A stretch of 32,434 nt of DNA from the NCBI RefSeq assembly GCF_000372725.1, contig NW_005201240.1, positions 104,240 through 136,673 on the forward strand, read 5' to 3'. The translations under genes and the position numbers were made by a program. Below are positions 9,656-20,289 of the stretch, in pieces. Every line of letters starts with the position of its first letter. Positions within the stretch are counted from its first letter, which is position 1. This stretch comes from Emiliania huxleyi CCMP1516 (taxonomy: Eukaryota). The notes under the pieces are model-generated. The model searched no databases, was not told where the DNA came from, and saw nothing but the letters and a program-made list of their open reading frames with translations.

Positions 9656-11199
9656 TCACACCGGAAGCAAACCCTTTGTGCGAGTCCTGCCACTGCCGCT
9701 GGCCCCACCGCTGCTGCTGTTGCCGTCGCGCGCCTTGGTCCGCGCGAAGGCGACGACGCCTGCCACCGCCGTGGCGACGCCCGCGCAGTTGGCCACCTAG
9801 GTTCGGGGTCAGGGTACAGGGTGAAGCTAGGTTCGGGGTCAGGGTACAGGGTGAAGCTAGGTTCGGGGTCAGGGTACGGGGTGAAGCTAGGTTCGGGGTC
9901 AGGGTTAGGGTCAGGCAAGGTCAGGGTCATGATCGAGGTTAGGGTGGGCAGTTGGCCGCCGAGAGCGGCGTCGCAAACACTGCCGCCGCAGCGCCGATGA
10001 CGAGCACGCGGCGCAGGATGTTGAGCACGGCGTGCCTAATCCCGATCACTCTCGGGCGCTCTCGGGCAGTCTCAGGCTCACCTCGGGGTGCGGAGCAAGC
10101 GGCGCACGTCGCGATGCTGACGCGTGCGAGGACGGCGAAGCTGACGCCTGCTCTCCGGCAACCTCGTGTCATCTCGTGCAATCTCGGGTCAGCTCGACGG
10201 CGAAGCTGACGCCGTTGTACAGCGCGTGCGCCGCGCCGTTGGCGGCGAATAGACAAGCGACACGCGCGGCGCCGGCGGCGCTGCCGCCGGCCGCGCTCGC
10301 CAGCAGCGGCCGCGCCTCAAGGATCAGCGCCGTTGGGAGGAGCACGAGCAGGCCGCCTAGTCTCGGGCAATCTCGGCTGATCTCGCCGCATCTCGGGTGA
10401 CCTCGGGAGCAGGAGCCGGGCTGCCGCGCGCGACGTGGTAAAAGAGGCATGCGTCCGAGCGGGCGGCGGGCGAGCCGGCATGGCGGCGCTTGAGCGACTT
10501 GGTCAGCACGGCGCGGCCTATCCATTGACCAACTGAGCTGACCAACGCATGAGGAGGGTCGAGCGACGCGGCTAGCACGGCGCGGCCAGAGAAGGCGACG
10601 TTCGACGCGAGGGCGAGGGCCCCGCCGGTGGCGCTGAAGGCGCCGCCGCCGGAGCAAGCGGTCGCGACGCCGGCGACGATCGGGAGGAGGGCGAGGAGGG
10701 TGGCGGGCCGCTCCCGCTCGCCCAGCACCAGTCCGGCAAGAGCGACCTACTCGGCTCGAGGCCTGCAGCTTGGAGAGGCGCCGTGTGGAGCGGCAGCGGC
10801 ATGCCGTGCAACTGCCGTGGTGAGAGGCTCGGCCGCCTTGACCGTCTCCACAAAGCTCGGCGCGGCGGCGGCGATGGCGGCGTTGGTGAGCAGGAAGCCG
10901 AGCGTGTATGTCAGGCTCACGCCGCGCACCGCCCGCAGCTCGACGTCACTCAGCGGGCCGCGGGAGGAGGACGGCAGCAGGCAGCGTGTGCCTGGTGCGG
11001 AGGCTCGCTCGTGCTGTGGAGAGGCAAAATTCATATTGCTTGTGGTGGTGCGATGCACACCCGCTGCTGCCACGGCAAACTGGACGGCGGCAAGGGTCGC
11101 TGGGCAGGCGAGCTCCTGCAGCACGATCTTGGCGGTCCAGATGGCCGCGATGGAGGCTGCGTACCAGGTTGCCACCAGCGGGCCGACGCGCAGCTTCAT
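9656..11199 (-). CDS. Triose-phosphate transporter (TPT/DMT) family protein, multi-exon
   Basis: ATG 11199 (MKLRVGPLVATWYAASIAAIWTAK); PSFVETVKAAEPLTT; LLPIVAGVA; ALASNVAFSGRAVLTK; NGAAHALYNGVSFAVLARVSIATHAVLNILRRVLVI; FATPLSVANCAGVATAVAGV; stop at 9656-9658. Introns include 9797-9959, 10148-10212 and 10518-10586. Confidence 0.9.
9797..9945. repeat. 30-nt tandem repeat (CTAGGTTCGGGGTCAGGGTACAGGGTGAAG, about 3.6 copies) grading into TTAGGG/TCAGGG-like hexamers; intronic
   Basis: Units start at 9797, 9827, 9857 and 9887, inside the last TPT intron. Confidence 0.9.
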
Positions 11200-11339
11200 G
11201 TCCGCTGTTGGAACACGGCCAGCCAGAAAATGCAAGTGGCGGGGAGGAGGGCGAGCCGGCGGGGTGCCAACTCCGCTCTGCCTGCGCGCGTTGGCGCGCG
11301 TGTTGAAGCGAAAAAAAAAACCGCGCGCACCGCACGTAA

Positions 11340-11432
11340 CCCGATACCGATCATCCGGCCCGCTGGGTGCGCTTCTCAGCTCCCCGGCCCTGGATGTGAG
11401 GTTGATAACTGCACTCCAAGTGCTCCAAGTAA
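11340..11432. repeat. Dispersed approx. 95-bp repeat, copy 1 (copy 2 at 15677-15777)
   Basis: CCCGATACCGATCATCCGGCCCGCTGGG...GGCCCTGGATGTGAGGTT...ACTGCACTCCAAGTGCTCCAAGTAAA recurs with small indels near 15677. Confidence 0.85.
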
Positions 11433-11979
11433 AATACTGCACAGCCGCGGGCGGGCCGGGGCGGTGATTTTGTGGAAGGAATGGCCCAGTCTAATTAGCC
11501 CTGGATAGGCAATGCATACGCCTAGTTGGGCCTCGAATCGCCCGACCGCGTCCCGGTCTTTGCCGTGGGATTTGTTTGTGACGCCACCGCACGCCCACCC
11601 CGCGGCCGGCCGGAGGCGTGCGACCGCAGCGCGCCCGCCGTCAGCTCGACGGGGCGCGCATGTCAGCGAGAGGTTTGCCGGTAGAGCGATCCCGGTCTTG
11701 TCGAACGCGAGCCCCGCGCCACGGTTGCCAGCCGTGCCTTCGCGAGAGTCGCCCTCGAGCCGCGTCCCGTCGGCACTACCCTCGTGCCTCGAGTGCGTGT
11801 CGCTTTGGTTGGCGACACCCACTCGTCGAGGGCAGTCCGGCCGACGGGAGCCTGTCGCGCGCCGGCGACGAATGCGGCGTGTGCCGGTGGTTTCGAGTTC
11901 GAAGCGACGATGGCACACAGAGCTGATGTGCCGATTTTTCTTTTGCGAGGCACTCACCTGGCCCAGGGTCTTCACGGCC

Positions 11980-13070
11980 ATGGCACCCGGCTGCTCGTCA
12001 TTAGACCCCATCCTCTCCGCGCTGGCTATCCCTCCTGCCACCACGGCTGAGGGGCTGCGCGCCGCGCAGAAGGACGAGTTCCACGGCAACGAGTTCTCCC
12101 TGCTCGTATCGCACGCACTCGGCGCTCTCGCCGGCCCGCAGTGGGTGCAGAAGCACCGCGAGGAGGTCCGGGCGGCGGCGCGCCTCGCCTACGGCGGCCT
12201 CTCGACGGCACGCCTCGCGCAGACGCCGGGCGAGGAGTACTGCGACATCACGTGCGTAGACGCGGCCACGGGCCAGCCGCTGCCGCTCCGCCGCCGCTGG
12301 ATCGCCGTCTTGATTGGGGCGCTGACGCCGTACCTTGCTCTCCGCCTCGAGGCGCGGCTCGTCTCCGCGGCCCGCTCCTCCGAGTCGCCCCTCGCCGCCG
12401 CCCTCGCCGCGCGGCTCGGCTCGTTCGGCGAGGCGCTCCGCCGGCTGCAGCTCGCTCTCTTTTGTCTCGGCCGCGCTCCCCGTCGGCTGGTCGACGTGCC
12501 GCTCGGCATCGCGCACGTGCGGCACGGCGCGCGGGCCGGGTCGGCCTCGTCGCCGTACCGTTCCCTCGGCCTGCTCATGCTCTGCCAGCTCGCCCTCTCC
12601 TCCCTCGCCCTGCTCGCAGAGCTCCGCGCCGCCGCCTCCGCCCGCAGCCGCCTCCGCGCAATCGCGTCTGCCGGCGAGCGGCGAGGGCGGGCTGCCTGCC
12701 GCCTGCCGCCGCTCCCCTCCTCAGCGTGGCCGCCCGCGCGCGCAGGAGAGACGGACAAGGAGCGGAGAGCTGCCCCTCCGCCGCCCGCCGCCGCCGCCGA
12801 GTCTGCTCGCCGGCGCACGGCTCCGCTCTGCTCGCTGTGCCTCTCTCCGCGCCGCCAGCCGACCGCGGGCGTTTGCGGCCACATCTTTTGCTGGGAGTGC
12901 TTCCACGCTTGGGCGCGGCCGCACCGCTGCCGCCGCCGCCGCCGCCCCGAAGACACGCGTCCACGCCCCCAAATCCTCTGCCGCCGCAGGTGTCCGAGAA
13001 GCCAGAGTGCCCGCTCTGCCGCGAGGCGCTGCAGCCGCAGGCGCTACGTTGCCTGCACGGAATGGTCTGA
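11980..13070 (+). CDS. PEX10: Peroxin-10 (Pex2/Pex12 N-terminal domain plus C3HC4 RING)
   Basis: LRAAQKDE and QTPGEEYCDI motifs. The RING CSLC...CGHIFCWEC..W|VSEKPECPLCR is completed by removing a GC-AG intron at 12913-12989. Stop at 13068-13070. Confidence 0.9.
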
Positions 13071-13210
13071 CTGATCTTTTTTTCAGGTTTGATCTCAAAT
13101 AAAGCAGAACCGACACGACGCCGGTGTGACTGGTGAGCGCGGTGTTCGCCTCACCACTCGCGTCCCCGACGCGCAGCGGCCAGCGCGGTGCGCGCTCGCG
13201 GCTCGGAACC

Positions 13211-14659
13211 TCAACGCTCACAAGTCTCAGCCCAGCCGCTACCGCACGCCCACGCCTCGATCTTCTTGGGCAGCAGCTGGTTCGACAGGTCCTCTCCGTG
13301 GCCTAGGCAGCCGCTCTTGCCCGCGCCCCAGGTGAAGACGGTGCCTTCGGCGGAGATGGCGAGGCTGTGGTCGGTTCCCGCCGACACAGCGACGACGCGC
13401 TGGTCAGCATAGGCCTCGACCTTCTTGGGCAGCAGCTGGTGCTGCTCGTCGCCGTGGCTCAGCTTGCCATAGAATCCTTCGCCCCAGCTCCAGACAGCGC
13501 CGTCGGCAATGAGGGCGAGGCTGTGGTGCTCTCCAGCCGACGCGGTGATGACGCGCTGGCCAGCCAAGGCCTCGATCTTCTTCGGCTCCAGCTGGGCCTG
13601 CCGGTCGCCGTGGCCCAGCTTGCCATAGCCTCCACCGCCCCAGCTGCAGACGGCGCCGTCGGCGGTGAGGGCGAGGCTGTGTTCGCCTCCAGCCGACACA
13701 GCGACGACGCGCCGCTCAACCAACGCCTCGACCTTCTTGGGCAGCAGCTGGCTCTGCTGGTCGCCGTGGCCCAAGCGGCCAGAGTTGCCACAGCCCCAGC
13801 TCCAGACGGCGCCGTCGGCGGTGATGGCGAGGCTGTGGTCGTTTGCTGCCGTCACAGCGACGACGCGCTGGCCAGCAAAGGCCTCGACCTTCTTCGGCTG
13901 CGGCTGGCGCTGCGCGTCGCCGTGGCCCAGCTTGCCCCCACCTCCATGGCCCCAGCTCCAGAGGCTGCCATCGGCGGTGAGGGCGAGACTGTTGTCGCAT
14001 CCAGCCGACACGGCGAGGACGCGCTGGGCAGCAAAGGCCTCGACCTTCTTGGGCAGCAGCTGGTCCTGCTCGTCGCCGTGGCCCAGCTGGCCGTCGCCTC
14101 CACTGCCCCAGCTCCAGACGGCCCCGTTGGCGGTGAGGGCGAGGCTGTGCGCGGTTCCAGCCGCCACGCTCACGGCGCGCTCGCCACCCAGCGGAGAAGG
14201 GAGGCGGGTCGGCGTGTTGAGCTGCGTCACGCCCTCGCCGTGGCCGAGTAGCCCAGGGAAGACTGCCTCATTGCCGCACGACGAGAGCCGCCCCTCGCCG
14301 TCGATGAAGACGCTGTGCCGCCAGCATGCCGCCGCCCTCGCCGGCGGGTTGGACTCGCGCAGCAGCGCAGCGAAGCACAGCCACTGCACGGCGCAGCTCT
14401 CGCCCTCTGGCTGCGCCGGCAGCTCGTAACCGCGCTCTTGCCCCCACAAGCGGATGCCCTCCTTCGCAAGCGAGGCGTGAAAGAGCGGCGAGACGGCCGC
14501 AACGCGAGCGATGTCGAGGGGGTCGCAGCGAGAGACGACGCGCACGAGGAGGTCGGTGGGGAGGTCGAGGAGGCGGGCGGGCGGCGGCGCGTTTGGCGAG
14601 CGAGCGGCGGTGGAGGCGGAGGCGAGGCGGCGCGAGCGGCGGCGCGGCGGGGTGGACAT
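13211..14659 (-). CDS. F-box-like plus RCC1-repeat (7-blade propeller) protein, intronless
   Basis: N-terminal LLDLPTDLLVRVVSRC..DIARVAAVS (F-box-like), then about seven 52-aa repeats of VAVSAGxxHSLALTADGAVWSWGxGxxGxLGHGD, visible as a 156-nt DNA period. Confidence 0.9.
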   Translation of the reverse strand: MSTPPRRRSRRLASASTAARSPNAPPPARLLDLPTDLLVRVVSRCDPLDIARVAAVSPLFHASLAKEGIRLWGQERGYELPAQPEGESCAVQWLCFAALLRESNPPARAAACWRHSVFIDGEGRLSSCGNEAVFPGLLGHGEGVTQLNTPTRLPSPLGGERAVSVAAGTAHSLALTANGAVWSWGSGGDGQLGHGDEQDQLLPKKVEAFAAQRVLAVSAGCDNSLALTADGSLWSWGHGGGGKLGHGDAQRQPQPKKVEAFAGQRVVAVTAANDHSLAITADGAVWSWGCGNSGRLGHGDQQSQLLPKKVEALVERRVVAVSAGGEHSLALTADGAVCSWGGGGYGKLGHGDRQAQLEPKKIEALAGQRVITASAGEHHSLALIADGAVWSWGEGFYGKLSHGDEQHQLLPKKVEAYADQRVVAVSAGTDHSLAISAEGTVFTWGAGKSGCLGHGEDLSNQLLPKKIEAWACGSGWAETCER

Positions 14660-15676
14660 CGCGAGAAAAAGAATTTAAACTCGCGCCACCCACACCCGCC
14701 ACTGGAACGGCTGCAGGGTCGTGGGGCCGCCCCAGCGGCTCCGCACCAGGCGGTTGGGCCGCGAGGGCCGCCACCGTACCCGCCGCCCCTGCCACCGCCT
14801 CCACCCCCGCCGCCGACGGGGCCGCCACCGTATGGACCCGTTCGGAATAACCTGGGGGACCCGGGACCGCCCCGCCGGAGGTTGGTGTACCCGGGAGGAG
14901 GAGATGGGGGAGGGGAGTTGCCGCGGTACGATAGCGGACCCGCCGGCGGGCCGGAGGGCCGTGGCCGGAGGGCCCCGGGGGGGGCTTGGAGTCAGTTGTC
15001 GGAGGAGGCGAGAGATGAGCTGACGCGGCCCCTGCGAATGGAGTCGGGACGTACGAGCTCACCGGGGGAAGGCCCGTCGCAATGGCAACCGGACCACCGC
15101 GACCTTCGACAGGGAGGGCCACGCCTCCCCGAGCCTGGAGAGGAGCCGGCGGAGGGGGAGGGCGAGCCGAGAACGATAGAGAGGCCGCGGGTGCGGGCGC
15201 GATTCGCCGACCAGGGAGAGCCGGCCCGACCTCCCGGGGAGGGGTGGCGACGAGACACAATGCCGCCACTCCCGCCCGGGGAGGCCCCACCCGGGCTGTC
15301 GGCTCCCTCGGGGCCAATGGGGCTAGCCGACGGAGGTGGGGCGGAGGGACCGCCCCCGAGGAAGAGACATCAGAAACGACTGCAGAGGCAGTGGGGCGAC
15401 GCCCGAAAGGCGAGCAAGAGACCGAACCAGACTGAAGATTCACCCTGAAGGGGGGGGGACGAGGCCGGGCAGTGTACACGTTAGACAGTCGTGTGTGTAC
15501 GTGACGGGTGGTGTCGTAGTGTCCGTGTCCACTAGCTCCGACGTGTAGAGGGGGCGTTCTGCAGTTAAGGGGAAACCCGGTACACGGAGCCCTCTCGGAG
15601 AACTGTGTTTACTTTAAGGCCCTTGCCCTGCGAACGCGCACCCCCCCCTAGGGGTCAGGGCTCTCTAGCCCGTAGC

Positions 15677-15777
15677 CCGATACCGATCATCCGGCCCGCT
15701 GGGGTGCGCTTCTGAGCTCCCCGGCCCTGGGGATGTGTTGTGAGGTTAATGACTGCACTCCAAGTGCTCCAAGTAAA
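15677..15777. repeat. Dispersed approx. 95-100-bp repeat, copy 2
   Basis: Near-identical to 11340-11432, same orientation. Confidence 0.85.
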
Positions 15778-16127
15778 CATTAATTCCGGGGCGGCGGGCC
15801 ACGACTCGTACTGTACACGGCCGGCACGGGGAGCAGCGCACGGGAGGACGCCTGCTCTCGGGGGCTCGGCCGTAAGGCAAGGTAAATTTCTCCAACACAA
15901 AGTGGTAGGGCCCGCAACAAAGGGGTGCAACCCTCGCGACTCCACACGGTGTATGAATCTCGTCGTGTCTATCGTGTATCGACCCGCGAACGAGATCGAG
16001 AACAGCGCTTAAAGCATCATGCCTGGTCTGCGGGACGCGGGGCTACGGACCGGGACCGGTGCGCACTCGACGGGCGGAGCAGGGGCGCCAGCGTGCCTCT
16101 CCCCTCGCCCCGCTCCTCCGCGGTCGG

Positions 16128-19100
16128 CTAGATTGCCTGGTCGAACTGGCTCGTCGTCTTGCTGAAGTGGAACGGCTTTCGGCGGTCGCGGCCTCGCACG
16201 CGCCGGTTGCAGAGCGTGCCGCACACCGCGGCGGTCGCCCCTCCTCCGACGCCCTCCGTCTCGAGGTAGACGTCGAGCAGCATCCTCGCGCGGTGCAGCA
16301 CCCAGAGGAGGTGGTACGGTGCCCCCTGCCTGTCCACCTGACAGAGACGGGGGGGCGGGGAGGGGGTTGCAACACGCCCAGGGAAGGCGACCTGAGCTGG
16401 CCCACTCGGCGGTCTGCGCCGCGCCTCCGGGCCGCTGGGGCGAGAGGAGCTCCGCCCCCAGTCTCTCGGCTCCACCTCGGCTCATCCTGGCATCTCGGCT
16501 CATCTCGGCTCCATCTCGGCTCCATCTCGGCTCGATCTCGCCTCTGCCGCCGGGGCGTTGAGCTCGGCCTCCATCTGCAGCAGCTGGTTGTCCGCCGCCT
16601 CGCCTGCAGGAGAGTTCCCGGAAGGTTCGCACTCACGCGGCTCCCCTGCGGCAGCCTGCTGCCTCCGCCCCCTCTCGCCCGCGTGCCGCTCCGCCAGCCG
16701 CAGGGAGGACAGCGAAGGCAGCAGAAGCAGGGTCGGGCTGCAGCTCGTTCAAGAAGTCCGCGTTCTACGCATCCAGAATCCGCTACACCGTGAGCTACAA
16801 CGTGCTGAGCGACGCCTGCTGCCCCTGCAGCCCCTCCAGGAAGGGCCGCTTCTCCACATTCTGCTCCGGCACCTGCGTGGGCTCGGCCGCCCTCGGATGC
16901 CGCTGCAGCTCACCGACTCGCGCTGCCTCCGATTCGATCTCGAGGCGGATGACGAGCCACTGGTCCCGGGTCCTGCGCCANNNNNNNNNNNNNNNNNNNN
17001 NNNNNNNNNNNNNNNNNNNNNNNNNNNNNNNNNNNNNNNNNNNNNNNNNNNNNNNNNNNNNNNNNNNNNNNNNNNNNNNNNNNNNNNNNNNNNNNNNNNN
17101 NNNNNNNNNNNNNNNNNNNNNNNNNNNNNNNNNNNNNNNNNNNNNNNNNNNNNNNNNNNNNNNNNNNNNNNNNNNNNNNNNNNNNNNNNNNNNNNNNNNN
17201 NNNNNNNNNNNNNNNNNNNNNNNNNNNNNNNNNNNNNNNNNNNNNNNNNNNNNNNNNNNNNNNNNNNNNNNNNNNNNNNNNNNNNNNNNNNNNNNNNNNN
17301 NNNNNNNNNNNNNNNNNNNNNNNNNNNNNNNNNNNNNNNNNNNNNNNNNNNNNNNNNNNNNNNNNNNNNNNNNNNNNNNNNNNNNNNNNNNNNNNNNNNN
17401 NNNNNNNNNNNNNNNNNNNNNNNNNNNNNNNNNNNNNNNNNNNNNNNNNNNNNNNNNNNNNNNNNNNNNNNNNNNNNNNNNNNNNNNNNNNNNNNNNNNN
17501 NNNNNNNNNNNNNNNNNNNNNNNNNNNNNNNNNNNNNTGCGAGGCGGAAGGTGCGCGAGGGGAAGAAGGGAGGAAACGGGGAGGGGAAGAAAAGAGGAGG
17601 GAGGGGGGAAGCGGGAAGGGGGGGGGGGGGGGGGTCTCTCTACCTCTGTCCAGGCGGTGAGGGCGGAGACGAGGGGCGCGGGCGGCATGAGCGGCTGCGC
17701 GGGCGGGAGCGGCGCGGTCCGGCGCTGCTCGAGGTGCTGCAGCTCCGTGGCGAGGTCGGCGCGGGCGGACACTCGCGCGGAGATCGCGTCGATGACCTGC
17801 TCGAAGCGGCGCAGGGCGGGTTAGGGTTAGGGTTAGGGTTAGGGTTAGGGTTAGGGTTAGGTTTCGATGACCTGCTCGAAGCGGCGCAGGGCGGGTGAGG
17901 GTTAGGGTTAGGGTGAGGGTTAGGGTTAGGGTTAGGGTTCGATGACCTGCTCGAAGCGGCGCAGGGCGGGCAGCGCGTGCGCAGACACGGCGCCGGACGG
18001 GAGGTCCGAGCCAAGCTCCTGCGCCTGGGACGCACTCAAGAGGGGAGGGGTGAGGCTAGCTGGACGGTGAAGAGGCGGCAGGCTCCGAGCTCGAGCTGCT
18101 TCACCCAGCGGAAAGGGACGGAGGGAAGCAGCGCCACGAGCGCCTCGTCCGGCGCCAGGCCGGAGGGGAGGGTGGCGGGCGGGAGGTCGGCGCCGGAGTC
18201 GAGGTCGAAAAGGTTGACGAGGAGGGAGGAGGGCCTGGTTGACGGAGGAGGAGGGGGGTGGCTCGGTTCGTTCCGCGCGGCCGGGACAAAGTCTCGAGAG
18301 GGGGGAGCAAGGCCTGTCGATCAGCTGCGCCGCGAGGAGTCCCGCGGAGGCGAGGCAGCAGAACTGCAGCTGCAGCTCCGCCCCTCCCTCCGCGACTTCT
18401 CCGTCGTCCGCAGCCTCGCCCTCCTCCGCCTACCCCGCCAGCAGCCCACTCCCTCGTGAGGAGGCTGCGCGTGTGACGAGGCTCCCCCCCCCCCCCCCCC
18501 CTCCCCCCCTATCCCCTATCCCCTCCCCTCCTACCACCCCTCCCCCCTCGCGCCTCTCCGTCGCCGTCTGCCTCGCCCCTCCCCGCCGCCTCCCGAGCAG
18601 CCGGCCGGAAAGTCACCCTCACGCGCAGCGGGTGCAGCCGACTCGCCTCGTCCTCCTCGGCCTCCTCGTCGCCCTCCTCCTTCTCGTCCGCCTCCTTCGC
18701 GCCGCCGCCCCCCGCCCCGCCGCTCGCCGGGGCGGCGCCGGGCCCTTCCTCGGCCGAGGCGGCGCTCGAGACCTGCAGGAAGGGGCAGGGAAGGGTCGGA
18801 GAAGTCTCGCGGACACTTCCTCCGGCGGAGGCGGCGGCGAGGCTCACTCGAGATATGGGGAGATGTGGGGGAGATATGGGGGAGGTTTATATCGGCGGCG
18901 AGGCTCACTCGCTGCCGCTTGGCGCGGCGCGGAGATGGAGAGGCGAGGGCGGTGCCTGCGGGCGGGGCGGGAGAGTGCGGTGCGGCCGGGCGGCGGCGCG
19001 GGTGTCGGCAGGCGGTGTTGGAGAGCTCAGAGAGAGATGTTCAGAGAGGGCGGTGGCGAGGGAAAGGGGTGCCGGTGTGGTGGTGTAGCCCCCCCCCCCC

Positions 19101-20249
19101 CCCCNNNNNNNNNNNNNNNNNNNNNNNNNNNNNNNNNNNNNNNNNNNNNNNNNNNNNNNNNNNNNNNNNNNNNNNNNNNNNNNNNNNNNNNNNNNNNNNN
19201 NNNNNNNNNNNNNNNNNNNNNNNNNNNNNNNNNNNNNNNNNNNNNNNNNNNNNNNNNNNNNNNNNNNNNNNNNNNNNNNNNNNNNNNNNNNNNNNNNNNN
19301 NNNNNNNNNNNNNNNNNNNNNNNNNNNNNNNNNNNNNNNNNNNNNNNNNNNNNNNNNNNNNNNNNNNNNNNNNNNNNNNNNNNNNNNNNNNNNNNNNNNN
19401 NNNNNNNNNNNNNNNNNNNNNNNNNNNNNNNNNNNNNNNNNNNNNNNNNNNNNNNNNNNNNNNNNNNNNNNNNNNNNNNNNNNNNNNNNNNNNNNNNNNN
19501 NNNNNNNNNNNNNNNNNNNNNNNNNNNNNNNNNNNNNNNNNNNNNNNNNNNNNNNNNNNNNNNNNNNNNNNNNNNNNNGTGGGTTTCTGCTCGAGGAGGC
19601 GCTGCAGCGGGAGCGAGATGGTGGTGAGCGACGCCAGCTGCGCCTGCAGCCCCTCCAGGAAGGCCCGCTTCTCCGCATTCCGCTCCGCCGCCGCCGTGCG
19701 CTCCGCCGCCCTCGCGTCCCGCTCGCCGCAAAGCGACTCGCGCTGCCTCCGCTCGAGCTCGAGGCGGTTGAGGTGGAACTGGTGCGGGTCGGCCGCCTTG
19801 GACGTGCCGCGCAGCTCCTCCGGGGCCGCCGCCGCGAATTCGCTCTCGGGCAGCAGCTCGATCCGCGGGCCCGCGTCCTGCCGAAAGTCGCGCAGGTGCG
19901 TGATCTCTCGCAGAAAGTGGTTCTTCTCGTACTGCAGATTCTGAAGCTTGAGCTCGGCGGCGTCGACCCCCGCGTTGGCCCGCTGCGTGCCCTCCTTATA
20001 CTCCCCCACCAGCTCCCACACACGACGGTTGAGCTGCTTGAGCTCGAGCAACGCCAGCCCCGAGCCGGCGACCAGCTCGGCCGCGTCGCTCCCGCCGGCG
20101 GCGCCGTCCGCCTTTCTGGCCATCGCCGCGGCCAGCTTGCCGCGAAGCGTCTCTGTGAGAGTCTCGAGCCGCTCCAGCTCCGAACCGCCCTCGGGCGAGG
20201 GGTCGGAGCCAGGCGGCATGTTGTCTGCGATTTCTTCACTCGTCCACAT
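16128..20249 (-). CDS. THOC5: THO complex subunit 5 (FMIP family), multi-exon, interrupted by two gaps
   Basis: LLELKQLNR...VDAAELKLQNLQYEKNHFLREI...IELLPESEF...DPHQFHLNRLELERRQR...SLPLQ; later exons HPLRV, LLVNLFDLDSG, PFRWVKQL, DNQLLQMEAELN, LLDVYLETEG, VRGRDRRKPF; stop at 16128. The start could be 20249 or 20219. Confidence 0.9.
16464..16540. repeat. 10-11 nt period (ATCTCGGCTCC-like) intronic tandem repeat
   Basis: Repeated CTCGGCTC(C)AT units in a THOC5 intron. Related GAGAT-core repeats occur at 10160-10190, 10360-10400, 18850-18885 and 27726-27812. Confidence 0.8.
17789..17970. repeat. Interstitial (TTAGGG)n tracts separating three copies of a 32-nt exonic segment (THOC5 intron 17797-17946)
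   Basis: TCGATGACCTGCTCGAAGCGGCGCAGGGCGGG at 17789, 17864 and 17939, with about 7 TTAGGG/TGAGGG units between each pair of copies. Confidence 0.95.
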
Positions 20250-20289
20250 CTCTGTGCGAGAGAGGGTACACAGGAGACACAGACAGGTC

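Noticed and set aside
13211..14659. UVR8 photoreceptor
   Set aside because: Lacks the repeated GWRHT tryptophan motifs (only one CWRHS) and has an F-box-like N-terminus.
15430..15470. CTGAAGA hammerhead-like core
   Set aside because: No correctly placed GAAA or supporting stems.
17789..17970. CRISPR-like repeat-spacer appearance or a chromosome end
   Set aside because: The spacers are telomeric hexamers, the repeats are THOC5 coding sequence, the context is eukaryotic, and genes continue on both sides.
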